This document shows positions 25,188 through 39,880 of a stretch of 64,000 nucleotides of DNA, one piece after another. The translations under genes were made by a program, and so were the position numbers. Below the pieces are notes generated by a model. It worked only from the letters and a program-made list of their open reading frames with translations. It was not told the DNA's origin and made no database searches. Positions within the stretch are counted from its first letter, which is position 1, and the number at the start of each line of letters is the position of its first letter. The DNA is from Octopus vulgaris (lineage: Eukaryota), in NCBI GenBank assembly GCA_951406725.2, contig OX597822.1, positions 10,230,001 through 10,294,000 on the forward strand, read 5' to 3'.

Positions 25188-25368
25188 GGATTTGGTAGAC
25201 GGAAACTGAAAGAAGCCTGTCGTATATATATACCAAATCCACTCACAAGGCTTTGGTTGGCCCGAGGCTATAGTAGAAGACATTGCTCAAGGTGCCACGC
25301 AGTGGGACTGAACCCGGAACCATGTGGTTGGTAAACAAGCTACTTACCACACAGCCACTCCTGCGCCT
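25188..25368 (-). mobile_element. SINE B 5' half with an internal micro-inversion
   Basis: The head is on the minus strand at 25231-25368, but the next segment reads on the plus strand at 25188-25230. Confidence 0.85.
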
Positions 25369-25384
25369 ATATATATATATTATG

Positions 25385-25832
25385 AGAAAATCTGTAAATC
25401 TTCACGGGATATCTCCAAGGTCCGTTGTTAATTTTACACTGTTGGGGGACCATAGCTGGGGGCTGCAGATGAATGACCTCCAGAGGACGATTGTGGTCTT
25501 CTCTCTGGTTCTGAAGGTTCTCAAGTTCCATCCATCCAGCCGTCTGCACTTTATCACTATCTTGGTAATGTTCACTTGGAAAGAGGCATAATCATTCATG
25601 TCGATGCTGAGGTCCCGCACTGATTTAGGTTCTGGGATCGTAATCCTCCGTGGGCCGATATATCCTGTAAGTCTTGCGTTCAGTTTTGAGCACTGGTAGC
25701 GCAGGGCTTGGAATTTTCCAGCATTAAACTGCATATTATTGTCCTCAGCTCATCTCCTGCTGCAGATTTGCAGCATTGCTAGTAGTTTGTATTTCTGCAA
25801 GACTTTAGTATCGTCTGCGTAGCTAGCAAGGG
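25385..25832 (-). mobile_element. CR1-group LINE reverse transcriptase fragment
   Basis: ASYADDTKV...NNMQFNAGKFQ...VRDLSIDM...LRTFRTR...QLWSP. Confidence 0.9.
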
Positions 25833-26071
25833 TGTGTATGTATGTATGTGTATGTGTTTGTGTGTCTGTGTTTGTCCCCCTAGCATTGCTTGACAACCGA
25901 TGCTGGTGTGTTTATGTCCCCGTTACTTAGCAGTTCGGCAAAAGAGACCGATAGAATAAGTACTGGGCTTACAAAAGAATAAGTCCCGGGGTCGAGTTGC
26001 TCGATTAAAGGCGGTGCTCCTGCATGGCCGCAGTCAAATGACTGAAACAAGTAAAAAAGAGTAAAAAGAGT
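25833..26071 (+). mobile_element. SINE B 3' half
   Basis: Matches 59705-59933. Confidence 0.88.
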
Positions 26072-26076
26072 ATATA

Positions 26077-26135
<59 letters not shown>

Positions 26136-26184
26136 GTTTATATATTATATATATTTATATATATATTATACATATGTATATACA

Positions 26185-27205
26185 TTTTATCGCTTACTGT
26201 TTTCAGCCCAGAGCTGACGTCATGCTAGTGCACCACCTTTAGTTACTCCGTGTTGATTCCGGTATTGTTTTCGGTGAAGTAGCGAGGTGGACGGAGCTAC
26301 TATTCTTTGCGTCTCCTGCCGCGATGTGGGTTCATCTGGTATCTCAGATAGAAACCTGTCCAGACGTTCCTTAAAGACTTCCACATCAACACCATGTTGG
26401 TCGCTAAGGTTGCCTGGAAAGATGTTGAACAATTGCAGGCCCTTGAAACCTTGACTATTGCAGTACTGTGTCCTTATTTTAGATGCAGTGCCGTCCAGTT
26501 CGAGGATTGGTATAGCTGTAAATTCCTAAATTGGGTTCTAAACCCTCCAAGATCTTCCAAATATATATCACCGCACATCTCTCTCGTCTTCTCCCCAGAG
26601 TATAGATAGTTCAGCTACTTTAGCCTCTCCCAGGAGCCCATCTTTTGCATTGAGTCAATCTTCTTTGTGTATTGGCGGTGGATTGCTTCGCGTTCCTCAG
26701 TTTGTTTCACACTCTCTGGAGACGATAGTTGGGAGCAGTAGTCCAAGCAGTTGAGAAAGAAAGTATTCCATAGGAGTAGCAGGGACTCCCTTTTCCTGCT
26801 TCTGGATGTCCTCAGAATCCACCCAGCCCCTCGCCTGACAAGTGTTGCCATCTTGGTAAGATGCACATGGAATGTTGCATCATTACTCATGGGAACCTCA
26901 GAGTCGGACTCATGTGAGTCACGCACCGACTCTGACTCTGGGATCGTATTACCTTCTGGTCCAGTGTATTACGATTTTAGCCCGGTGTTGGACCGATAGT
27001 AGAGTGCCTGAAATTTCATAGCATTGAACTGCATGTTATTTTTGTTAGCTCTTTTGAAGATTTCATTCAGGTCTTTCTGTAGTTTTATGATGCTCCTGGG
27101 TTCTCAACTGCCTGCGATACGTTTGTGTCGTCAGAATAAATGGTCAGATTGGCTGACTTTACAGCGGAGGGCATGCCTGAGAGGACCACCACAAATAGTA
27201 GTTGC
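26185..27205 (-). mobile_element. CR1-group LINE, RT to 3' end
   Basis: IYSDDTNV...NMQFN...GWILRTSRSR...LDYCSQL...FKERLDRFLSEIPDEPT, with frameshifts. Confidence 0.9.
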
Positions 27206-27246
27206 AACATCACTGTATCACATGAGAAGAGACATAGCTTAGCTGT

Positions 27247-27766
27247 CAGCCATTTTCGGCTTCGCTCGCCAGTGCTCTTTCCAAACCTTATACCATAACA
27301 GCCTCAAGAGTTTCAGACCCAACTTCTCTGATTTCTCTATTGATGTTGTCCTTCTGTTGCACCAGAATCTCCGATTTATTAAGGTAAAGCCTGTCTTTCT
27401 GGTATCCATGATTGAGACCTTTTTGCGCTCCGCCAGTCAAAGTAGATCTCACACATGTTTCCAGCAAGATGGTAATTGCTCATACCGCAAGAGAAACAAT
27501 GCAGTTGCTACGGCGATGCTTTGGAGAGAGAATAATCTTCTACTACGGCAACGTCAACTGGCCTTCACGCTCCCAGGCTTGACTAGCGCGGAGTTTTTCT
27601 TGTAGCGATATCTGAAAGAGAGAGTTTGATTCAACAAACCGGGGACCCTGGTGTAACTGATGGAGAACAACAATAGGTAAATCAGAGAAGTGGGGTCTGA
27701 AACTCTTGAGGGTGTTATGGTGCAAGTTTTGGAAAGAGCAAGAGCGTGTGAAGCCGAAAATGGCTG
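27247..27766. repeat. Large imperfect inverted repeat (two ~190-bp arms)
   Basis: cagccattttcggcttc...ctcaagagtttcagacccaacttctctgattt from 27247 has its reverse complement ending at 27766. Confidence 0.85.
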
Positions 27767-28127
27767 CCATTTAAGCGATCTCATTCAGGTGTAAATGAAC
27801 ATTTGAGAATGTAACGATAATATTAAGTGGATAAAGAGAGGAGAAGAGGTGTGTATGTTTCAATGAACAGAGAGGTCAAAAGAAAAGGTGAGAAAAGAAG
27901 AAGGAAAGCAAGAAGAGAAAATAAGAAATGTAAGGAAGTGAGAAAAATGAAAAAGGTGTTAGTTGGTGGTCAAGATACTAAGAGGAGGGGTGGGAGAGGA
28001 GTAGGGGAGGGGTAGGAAGAGATAAGAATGTAAGTAATGTATACGTGTGAGGTGTGTGAGATAAGGTGATATGTTAGAATGGCATTAACGGATGGATACA
28101 GGAGACGGTATAGTGGTAGGTTTAAAA

Positions 28128-28360
28128 GGCGGCGAGCTGGCAGACACGTTAGCGCGCCGGGCGAAATGCTTAACGGTATTTCGTCTGTCGTTACGCTCTG
28201 AGTTCAAATTCCGCCGAGGTCGACTTTGCCTTTCATCCTCTCGGGGTCGATAAATAAAGTACCAGTTATGCGCTGGGGTCGATGTAATCGACTTAATACC
28301 TATGTCTGTCCTTGTTTGTCCCCTCTGTGTTTAGCCCCTTGTGGGTAATAAAGAAATAGG
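28128..28360 (+). mobile_element. SINE family A, young monomer with tail 1
   Basis: Intact head with TGGCAGACACGTT and GAGTTCAAATTCC. TSD-like gg(t/c)atagt(g/a)gtaggttt at 28107-28123 and 28359-28375. Confidence 0.92.
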
Positions 28361-28443
28361 CATAGTAGTAGGTTTCTAAAATGAGTAGTAAACTACAAAA
28401 CAGAAGGGAAGAATACTAAGAATGGTCAAATTTCTATAAATAG

Positions 28444-30034
28444 AAACGAAATATCTCACATGCTTACAACGAGCCAAAACAACTGATTAAAGATAAATAC
28501 GCTATATTTACATATATACCCCATAATTCAATTATTCACTACATACACTTATCGATACTGGCATTAGGGGAGTTATGATTAACACATTCTCTATTTGAAT
28601 AGAATAAATCCAATTTTTTATTATTTATAAAAGCTATAATAGTAGCTAAGTTATGAGTTAAACTATATCTTATCTTTATTTCTTTATTGTTAATAATGTA
28701 ATAATATTTATTATTTATATTGAAATACCCATTAATTAGCCTATAAATACATTTTACCAAATTAGTTTTTATTTTTTGGCATATGGGATTATAAGCCATA
28801 TTATCTTATTAGTATCTACTTTATTATTATTGAAACCTCTAAAATTATTTTTATTCATTAACTGGGTATAATTTTTAATTTTATCCGCTTTCTTTATGTT
28901 TCTATGATTTTTTATAATTATCATTAGTTTTATATTATCGTTCCTATTTATTTATAACATTATTATCTTGAATATATTGTAATTTTTCTTATATCCTGTT
29001 TTTCTTAAAGCCAAATCATATTGGTCTTTATGTCTATTAAATATATCTTCATTATAAGATAAATATTATATACTAATGCTTTTTCATCGAAGGTGGGTGA
29101 TTCCTTTGATAATTCATATATTTTAATTCATAATTTAGTTTCATATATGGTTCATGTATTCTAGATGATAAATTATAATTCATATCTATGTAATTAATTG
29201 AATTATATTCTTCTATAGTCATAGATAGACCAAATCTTTTGAAAAATTTAAATGATCGTTTCTTTGTGAGTTCTAGGTGTCTATTAGATGTATTCTTAAC
29301 TATAAATAGTGCATCGTCTCTATAAAGTCCCACCCATTAGCTCTGGCAATTCGTCTTGTATATATTTGCTAATAGATATACTCCTACTACGTCAGTTATT
29401 TGCACGGAATCGGGCACTCCCGTAGAAATATCGAAATTTATAACTGATGTTCAGGTTTTTAAAATTACATTGATTTTCTTCGTGTTAATAGATGTATATT
29501 TCTTAGCAATTATCAAGGTGCCATTTAATATAGTAGGGTTTATACTAGAGTAATAATTCTCAATATCTATTTATGGGAAATTATGTTTAAATTTATTATC
29601 TATTTTAGAGAACCATTTAATAGTATTCTGAATGTCTGACCATAATTGTAGTCTGACCTTATTTTTCAGGGTCGGTATATATTTATCTAAAATTATTTTG
29701 CTAAGTTTACATGAATCAGATTTATTTGGACATATTAGTGTAACCATTATATCAATATGAAAATTCTCTTTATGATCCTTAATTGTAATCCGTGGTCTAA
29801 TGGGTAATAATGGTTCTGATTTATCATCTATATTATAATTTTCCTAATTTTTTTTTAGACTCTACGTTAATCTGTCGAAGGGTACTATTAGGAACTATCT
29901 TGTATTTTTTTATAATTTCTTTGTGAAATAATTCATGGTATAAATTTATATCTATGTTATATAAGTATCTTGTTTTATCTGAATTAACAATGACTCCTTT
30001 TATATTTTTCAGTTCATAGGTTAACAAGTTTTGT

Positions 30035-30119
<85 letters not shown>

Positions 30120-30465
30120 CAATTTTAATACATCTACAATTTATACACACATGTATCTATTTATGTTAAAGCCTTATTTTATAGATTAATTATTCAAATC
30201 TAAATGTTATGAATATAACTATTAGAATGCAGGGTAGATAAATATTTTCCATTTATAGAAATAAAACGAAAAACAAAACCAACTCGATACGGTCAACGAA
30301 AAATCCATTTAAATAAATACATACAATAAAAACAAAGCAATACAATACAAACGAAATGCCCCACATACAAACAACGAGCCAAAACAACAAATTAAATAAG
30401 ATCAATATCCTATATCTACATATATACCCATTATTCATTTACTGACATACATATACTTATCGATA
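28444..30465. repeat. ~115-bp direct repeats (28444-28557 and 30349-30465) bracketing the PLE
   Basis: Shared aaacgaaat...caacgagccaaaa...acatatataccc...cttatcgata. A partial third copy lies near 30765-30822. Confidence 0.75.
28540..30030 (-). mobile_element. Penelope-like element (PLE) reverse transcriptase remnant
   Basis: SDKTRYLY, PRITIKDHKENF, DIENYYSSI, GVPDSVQITDVVG, GLYRDD, NHPPSMKK and AYNPICQKIKTN...IRYS are PLE RT and linker motifs. Many stops and frameshifts. No GIY-YIG domain seen. Confidence 0.85.
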
Positions 30466-30623
30466 TTTATAAACCAAAAGGAAAACGAAACTAACTCTAT
30501 AGGGTCATAGAAAAATATATTCTATACATACATCAAAACCAAAATAATATCAATAAAAAACAATTTATTGCTTTATTGTTTCCATCTCCCACTCCCACTT
30601 ACATATATACATATATATGCATA

Positions 30624-30688
<65 letters not shown>

Positions 30689-30869
30689 TAATGCACACAT
30701 ATACACATATACTAACATATATACATATATGCACATTTAAATATTGTAAATGAGATAAATAAGCTATATCCTTATATATACCATATTATTCATTCACTCC
30801 CATATATATACATATCGATACATATAATCAAACCATATGGGATTCTAGGATTTCCGCTCCTTTTGTTCT

Positions 30870-31640
30870 AAAGTATTGTTGTTGCGATGTCTGAGCACCA
30901 ATCAGCTGGTAGCAAAGGGCTTGGAATTTGCCTACATTAAATTGCATGTTGTTGTCCTCAGCCCATTTATATATATGGCATCTAGGTCTTTCTGTAGAAG
31001 ATTAGCATCAGAAGGTTCCTTGACTGTTTGTACTACTTTTATGTCGTCGGCATGGCTAGTAATTGTAGCTATCTGTGTAATTAATGTCAGGTCTGAAATA
31101 GCCACCATGAAAAGTAGTGGCCCCAATACAGTTCCCCGAGGTACTCCACTTTCTATTAATGTCTCCGTTTGTTACAACAGCCTCGCTTCTGTCCTTTAAG
31201 AAGTCATGCAACTCTCCAATTTTCGCAGTCATGCTGAGTCTCCGTAGTTTGTGACATATCATCCCATGATCAACCTTAACAAAGGCCTTTGTAAAGTCAA
31301 GATATATCACATCTTCATTTACCGATTCATTAATTGTTTCAACGCCCAGTCATAGTGTTGCAAAGGCTGTGTAAGGCAGCTTCTTCCTGAGCGAAAGTCA
31401 TGCTGGGTGTTAGGAAGCAAGTCACTGTCTTCAAGGAACGCAATTAGTTTCTTCCTGATTCTTAGAGTCCGCTCTGCTACCACCCTTATAGATATGAAGT
31501 ATAATGCCTTCCTTTAACTTTTCGGGAAGTCTCCATGAAAGAGAATCCGAAGTGGTCGAGCTGGAGCACCTTTGCATTTCTTTACGGGGATTGCTGGGAA
31601 TCCGCCAGAGCTTGTGGCTGAGGTTCACCTCATCACATCA
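30870..31640 (-). mobile_element. CR1-group LINE reverse transcriptase fragment
   Basis: IYKGGSRAD, QHDFRSGRSCLTQ, IYLDFTKAFVKVDH, GVPRGTVLGPLLF and HADD. Confidence 0.92.
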
Positions 31641-31675
31641 ATGGCTGATATCAAATGAGTAAACTGAGGTGATAT

Positions 31676-31715
<40 letters not shown>

Positions 31716-31851
31716 ACACGCATACACACATACATGCACACACATACACACACACACACATACACACACACACACACACGCATACACATACAAACATATA
31801 CATGTAAGTATGCATGTATAGAAATATATATGTATATATTTATTATATATA

Positions 31852-31893
<42 letters not shown>

Positions 31894-32224
31894 TATGCAT
31901 TTATAAGTATATATATATTAATGCATATAGATGTATATATATATATGTATATATACTTATATATATGCATATATATATTTTCATATTTATATATATATAT
32001 ATATATATATTTATATGTACGAATATATATATCTATATACTTAAATGTATGTATATGTATATTTATATATTTATATTTATATATATATATATATAAAAAT
32101 ATATGTATGTATATATATGTATATATGTATATATATAGATATTTATCACCTTCCCGAGCGTTAAACTAATACACCTGTTTGTTGTTTACACACCTGTCTC
32201 CGCCTTTTGTTTTTTGTAAATTCC

Positions 32225-32281
<57 letters not shown>

Positions 32282-32500
32282 CATATATATATACATATAT
32301 ATATATATATACATATATATTGTGTGATCACAATAAGACATATACATATATATGTATATATATATACGTATATTTATAGATCTATTTATATAATTATACA
32401 TTTATATATATGTGTATATCCATATATATTTAAATACACAGATATACATATGTATATTTATACATATAATTTATATGTGAATTTATATATGCATAGAAAC
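31676..32500. repeat. (CA)n/(TA)n compound microsatellite field
   Basis: Directly visible. A ~90-bp non-repetitive insert lies at 32140-32228. Confidence 0.95.
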
Positions 32501-32576
32501 ATGTGTATGCATATGTCTGTACGTAAACATTTTGTGATCCACAGATAAATACAAGGCGTGGCGTGAGATAGTTAAA

Positions 32577-33107
<531 letters not shown>

Positions 33108-33324
33108 GTTAAAAATTGAGAGAGTGAGAGTGAGATTGAGATAGAAACAGAGTGAGAGAGAAAGAGAGAGAAAGAAAGAGGAAGGTCGATTCATTTGGTG
33201 AGTGGGTCATGTTGTTCAGTGAGAGACCAGTGTGCTATCTTTCCCAGGCAGGTTTCTGTTCCCTTCTTCAGCTGCTTTTATTAATCTTTTGTTTATTAGG
33301 GATTATCTTATCCTATTTCTTAAC

Positions 33325-33790
33325 CATCCGCCACTATCACCACCACCACCACCACCACCACCACCACCACTACCTCCATCACCACCACCATCACCACCAT
33401 CACCACCACCACCACCACCGTCATTTTCAACCACCCCCACACTGCATCCACCACTACCACTGCCACCAACACCACCGCCACCACCACACCACTACCACCT
33501 CCACCACCACGACTCGCACCATCACTACTATCACCAATACGGCTATTGCCATTCCTACGACCACAGCTGCTCCTACAACCACTGACACTATCGCCACTAC
33601 CAGGAGCAAAACGTCCTCCTCTTGCCACAACATGACCACCACTTCATACAAATACCATTACATCCACCACCACCACCATCAACAACACCACTACCATCAC
33701 CAACAGCATACTACTAATGTAACCACTGAGTTCACCACCGATACTATCCTTTGCTAAGAGCACCTTACCGCCATCACCATCGCATACCCC
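33325..33790. repeat. Degenerate (CAC)n repeat
   Basis: Directly visible. Confidence 0.9.
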
Positions 33791-34145
33791 AAATCCTTCA
33801 TCACCTGCAACTACCAAGTTGTCTCTTAGATACCTTTCAGGGATGAGTCCTTTCTACTGCAAATATAAATGTTAGGTCTACAATATGAGAGTCTCCATCC
33901 CATCACTCGGGGAGGCCCGGTAACAAATCCATGAGATCTGTCCTTCGCTGCCACGATGAGGTCATTGAACGTTACACGTTTCTCATTGGCCGTAACTTGC
34001 AGCGACATCAAGTATAGAATCTAGACAGGGGGAAAATGCTGACTGAATTTAGTACAGAACATCTGAAAGAATATATGTGCCAGCGTGTATGCATGAATGT
34101 ACGTATGTAAGTATGTGTGCCTATATGTATGTATAACTGTATAAC

Positions 34146-34200
<55 letters not shown>

Positions 34201-34210
34201 CTATATAAAT

Positions 34211-34252
<42 letters not shown>

Positions 34253-34256
34253 GATA

Positions 34257-34738
34257 GGCTCCGGCATGGCTGTTTTTGTAAGAAACTCGCTTCTCGGCGA
34301 CATGAATCTGAGTTCAGTTTCACTGCGTAGCAATTTGGGCAATTGTCTTCTACTATAGCCTAGGGTTGACCAGAACCTTGTGAGTGGATTTGATAGACGG
34401 AAACTGAAAGAAACCTGTCGTGCATACACACACATACACACGCACACGCGCACACACACACACACACACACACATACACACACACACATATATATATACA
34501 TATGTAAGTATGTATATATTTGTGCGTCTGTCTTTGTCCTCTCACCGTCGCTTGACAAAAGATGTTTGTGTGTTTATGTCCCCACAACTTAGCGGTTCGG
34601 CAAAGAGACCGATAGAATAAGTACTATGCTTACAAAGAATGGGTCCTCTGGTCGATTTGTTCGACTAAAGGTTGGGCTGCAGCACGGTTGCAGTCAAATG
34701 ACTGAAACAAATAAAATAATAAAAGAAAACAATAAAGA
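34257..34738 (+). mobile_element. SINE family B
   Basis: Diverged head, gacggaaactgaaagaa body and gcagtcaaatgactgaaacaa tail. Confidence 0.85.
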
Positions 34739-34756
34739 ATATACATACACACAGAC

Positions 34757-34816
<60 letters not shown>

Positions 34817-34825
34817 TATATATAT

Positions 34826-34878
<53 letters not shown>

Positions 34879-34925
34879 TATATATACATACATACATATA
34901 TATACACGCATACAAACATATATGG

Positions 34926-34965
<40 letters not shown>

Positions 34966-35853
34966 AAACATATACACACATATACACACATACACATACA
35001 TACACACATATACATACACATATAATATGAGATGGTGCCAAATGAGAATTAATGTAATGCATCGTCAATAGATTTAAGAGAAGTTTCACAGAAGAAAGCA
35101 AAAACCAATATCAAACCAACATCTTTCCATATAAAGATACAATATCAGACAAGTTTCGAAGCTATCTGTACTGAAGGAAGATTTTAGACAATACTAAAAA
35201 TGCAAACCAAAAAATAAATACATTTAAAAATAAAAAAAATGATAAAATTAGTCGATCTCTATTACAGGAGAAATATGAACAAGAAAATTCTGCTTGGCTA
35301 CTATCAATTAAAACTGGACAGAGACAAAATGAGCTTTTGTGAAAGCAAACAAAGGCTCAAAAGCTCTTGGTTAAAGACAGAAGCATTTTGGACTGACTTA
35401 AGATGAATAAGATTGATGACAATCCACCTAAAAAAGGAAAACGTTATCAACATAGCATTTGAAAACAAGAGACAAACATCACTTGTATACTTTACAATGA
35501 ATATAATGTTACCACGTCATGTCCAGCTGTCTAGTTGCTGCAAAATCAGAATATATCTATAGATTGTAGAAGTAGCTTCTGGTGAATGTACGGACTGTTC
35601 TTCCACCACAACTTGAAAATATGGTTTAAGCACGCATGCTCAACCTCGTTACCTGACAATAAAAAAAAGCCTAAGAAACTCTGGGAGCACGTTGGTTTCA
35701 GACTGTTAATGAGATGAGATCGAACTCACTTGTATATCATAATTAAAAACAAGAATACGAGAAAAAAAAAGCTTATCCACTCTGCTGGTGTATGTGTATA
35801 TACACACGCCAGCGTACAAACATCCGCACGTGCAGACACACACATATACATAT

Positions 35854-35888
<35 letters not shown>

Positions 35889-36008
35889 GATTGATAGATA
35901 AACATGATTATATATAAGTCATAAACGGGAAAACAGGACCCACAATTTTATTGTACTGATCAGTTCGGTAGATCAAGCAATAGATTCGACGAATCTGAAT
36001 TATAATCA

Positions 36009-36141
<133 letters not shown>

Positions 36142-36345
36142 AAGAAAGGGGAAAATGGTTTGTTTGTAAATAATACGAGTTAGATTATGTGGCTTATTTT
36201 TCATCCGGACGTTTTTTTATATTTTCATACGCTCACACCTATATACACATCTATGAATACATAATACATACATACACACAAATACATACACACACACACA
36301 CACATATATATATATACACACATACACACACACACACATATATAT

Positions 36346-36416
<71 letters not shown>

Positions 36417-36426
36417 GCTGTATGGA

Positions 36427-36665
36427 GGCACAGACGTGGCTGTGTGATAAGAAGCTAGCTTCCCAACCACATGGTCCAAGGTTCAGTCCCGCTGCATGGC
36501 ACCTTGGGCAAGTATTTTCTACTATAGAATCAGGCCGACCAAAGAGACCGCTAGAATACGTACCGGGCTTAGAAAGAATAAGTCTTGGGGTCGAGTTCCT
36601 CGACTAAAAGGCGGTGCTCCAGCATGTTTGCAATCAAATGAGTAAATCAAGTAAAAGAAATAAAG

Positions 36666-36666
<1 letters not shown>
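36427..36666 (+). mobile_element. SINE family B, internally deleted
   Basis: The head joins the 3' part at ggccgaccaaa|gagaccg, so the central microsatellite region is missing. Confidence 0.85.
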
Positions 36667-36708
<42 letters not shown>

Positions 36709-37175
36709 AAAGGCAGAATAAAAGATTATTTCCGACCAAATACTCATGTCTGCTCAAGTTTGGGATTGGAGCATCCGTCAAGGGCTCTTCTGCTATGGCG
36801 AATTACAGAAGAATCTGTAGCCAAGACCTGCGGAACACGAGGGATAGCTGGCTCCTAGGCATGCGTCTCACAGGCCAGCAGTGTAAAGATCTACACTGAT
36901 GTTAGGTAAATCATTCTCTCTGGCCAAGAATTATATATGCCATGCACCTGAAAGTTAAGTCAGTGAAACATAGATATATTGACAAAAGTAAAGAGAAAAC
37001 ATGACTAAGAAAATCGTACATGTTTATATTTTGAGGTATGGATCTATGATCACCGATGCCTGTAGGCATGACACATGAATACATATTCTCATCTCACTCG
37101 CAAACTCACACATCCAAATATATATGCATATAATGTATGTGTGTGTGTTTCGTTGCATTATTTATCCAGTCTAAA

Positions 37176-37520
37176 GCGGCAGAAACGTTAGCACGCCAGG
37201 CGAAATGCTTTGCGGTATTTCGTCTTCCGCTACGTTCTGAGTTCAAATTCCGCCGAGGTCGACTTTGCCTTTCATCCTTTCGGGGTTTATTAAAGAAGTA
37301 CCAGTTACGCACTGGGGTTGATATAATCGACTTAATCCGTTTGTCTGTCCTTGTTTGTCCTCTCTGTGTTTAGCCCCTTGTGGGTAGTAAAGAAATAGGT
37401 ATTTCGTCTGTCTTTAAGTTCTGAGTTCAAATTTCACCGAGGTCGACTTAGCCTTTCGTCATATTGGGATCGATAAAATAAGTAGCAGGTAAGCATTGGG
37501 GTCGATGTGATCGACTTAAC
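37176..37520 (+). mobile_element. SINE family A, dimeric form
   Basis: Same junction (aagaaataggtatttcgtctg) as the copy at 50835. Confidence 0.88.
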
Positions 37521-38038
37521 TACTCCTGGGTACAAGTATAAAGGCTGCACCATTCTGTCAAACCATGTTGGCCTAGTGTAGCAATGTAGGCTCATCAAAC
37601 CAATATAACCTGAAGCTCAAATTCACGGCCTCCACATTGGATCATGGCTAGTCGAGACAACAGGCTTTCTAATCCAATCCAAACTTTCTACATATACAGA
37701 AGTATAACTATTTCATCTCATAACTTCAACCTATAGAAATAATTCGTTTTCAAATTCATGTATTATAATCACATGATATCTATGACATATATTTTTAGAA
37801 ATTCCATTCATAAATAAACATCCCTCCCTTTTGGTATTCAGTTTATCAAGAATATTTTATGCTATTGCTTATCTCCCATGGACGGACAAGCAAACACACA
37901 CAAACACACACACATACCATATGCGTATGCGCACATGTATGTATATATACGTAAATATATCCATATATCCATGTATGTATGTATGTATGTATGTATGAAT
38001 GCATGGATGGAAGGAAAGATGGATGGATGAATGGTGTG

Positions 38039-38104
<66 letters not shown>

Positions 38105-38315
38105 CATATATACAGACGTACTTAGAAACCCACATATATATTGGAAGATAGGTAAACAGCTGGATGGATATATATATATATGTATGTATATGCATACATA
38201 TACAGATATATATATATACACACGCATCTACAGACATATATATATATATAAATAAATAAATATATATATATTGATAGATAGATATATATAGATAGATATA
38301 GATAGATAGATAGAT

Positions 38316-38438
<123 letters not shown>

Positions 38439-38739
38439 CGTACATACATACATTGACAGATAGATAGATGGGTAAGTGTGTATTAAAATTAACTGATGCT
38501 TTCCTTGCTGCTGTGACATAACCTCATCAATTCAAAGTTATTTCCAGAAGGGCCACCCCCACACATACACCCACTCACATATACATACATCTACACACGT
38601 AAAAAGAATATCCTATGGAATAACATGTATACGCACATAGAGAGGCACGGTTGGTCAGTATTTCAAACGAAATATCATCTGACATTTAGGGATCATTTAT
38701 ATGACAGCTATAGATATTATCGACGATTTCAGGCTGGGA

Positions 38740-39100
38740 GTGATGGTGGTGACGGTGTGGGTGATTGTGGAGAATTTCGAGGAGAGGTGAACGGTGGTGG
38801 CAGTGATGGCGGTGGTTATGAGAACTGTCGTGGTGATGGAAGTTGTGGTTGTGGTGATGTGGTGGTGGTGGTGGTGGTGGTGGTGGTGGTAGACGTTTTG
38901 GTATTGATGGAGGTCGTGGTGATGGTGTTAGTTGTAGTGGTTGTGGTGATACTCGTGGTGGTGATGGAGGTGGGCTTTCGCGGTGGTGATGGTGGACAAG
39001 GTGGTCGTGGTTGCTGTTGTGGTGGTGATGGTGGTGGTCGTGGTGTTGGCAGTGTTGGTGGCCCTGTCATTGATGGTTATGCTAGCTGTTGTTGTAGAAA
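38740..39100. repeat. Degenerate (GGT)n repeat
   Basis: Directly visible. Confidence 0.9.
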
Positions 39101-39219
39101 CTTTGCCTGATGATCGTGGCTTCATCTTTACCATAAAGTTTGAGGTCATCCATGAATAACAAATGGTTAACTTTTTGTTGGTGGCTTTTGAATACTTACC
39201 TAGCTTTTGCTTTCCTCAG

Positions 39220-39671
39220 AATCATGCCTCCTCATGATTGTCCCAATTGACATAAATGTATCTGTCAAGACCTATCAAAATACTGATCATGTATAAAGAT
39301 CTTTAAATAGAAATTGGCAAAATGTGGAACCTCAACACTAAAACAATACCTGTTGTCATAAGTGCCCTAGGAATGATTGCAAAAGGAGTGATTGCTACGT
39401 AGCTCAGATAGCAGGAAACCCCAAAATGGCAGAAATTCAAAAGATAGTTCTCATGGCAACTGCGTAAAATACTATCTATCTAATCTCAAAGTTTAAAAGA
39501 AATTTATAATTTTCTTCCTTTTCTTAAACATTCTCTTGAAAAATACTATGTGCAAAGCCAAATATATGACACCCTAGGCGTAACCCCAGCATGGAATTAC
39601 AAATTGTTGTCATTTGAGGTCTCTGGGTGAGACTTAGAGCCAACTTGTACAAAAAAAGCAAAAGTCAAACA
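39220..39671 (+). mobile_element. R4/Dong-like LINE 3' end with (AAT)n tail
   Basis: Colinear with 41665-42135 (aatacctgttgtcata...gaggtctctgggtgag...gcaaaagtcaaaca). Confidence 0.88.
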
Positions 39672-39764
39672 AATAATGATAATAATAATAATAATAATTA
39701 TAATAATAATAATAACAATAATAATAATAATAAATAATAATAATAAAAAATAATAATAATGATG

Positions 39765-39810
<46 letters not shown>

Positions 39811-39826
39811 TAATAATAATAATAAA

Positions 39827-39869
<43 letters not shown>

Positions 39870-39880
39870 TAATAATAATA

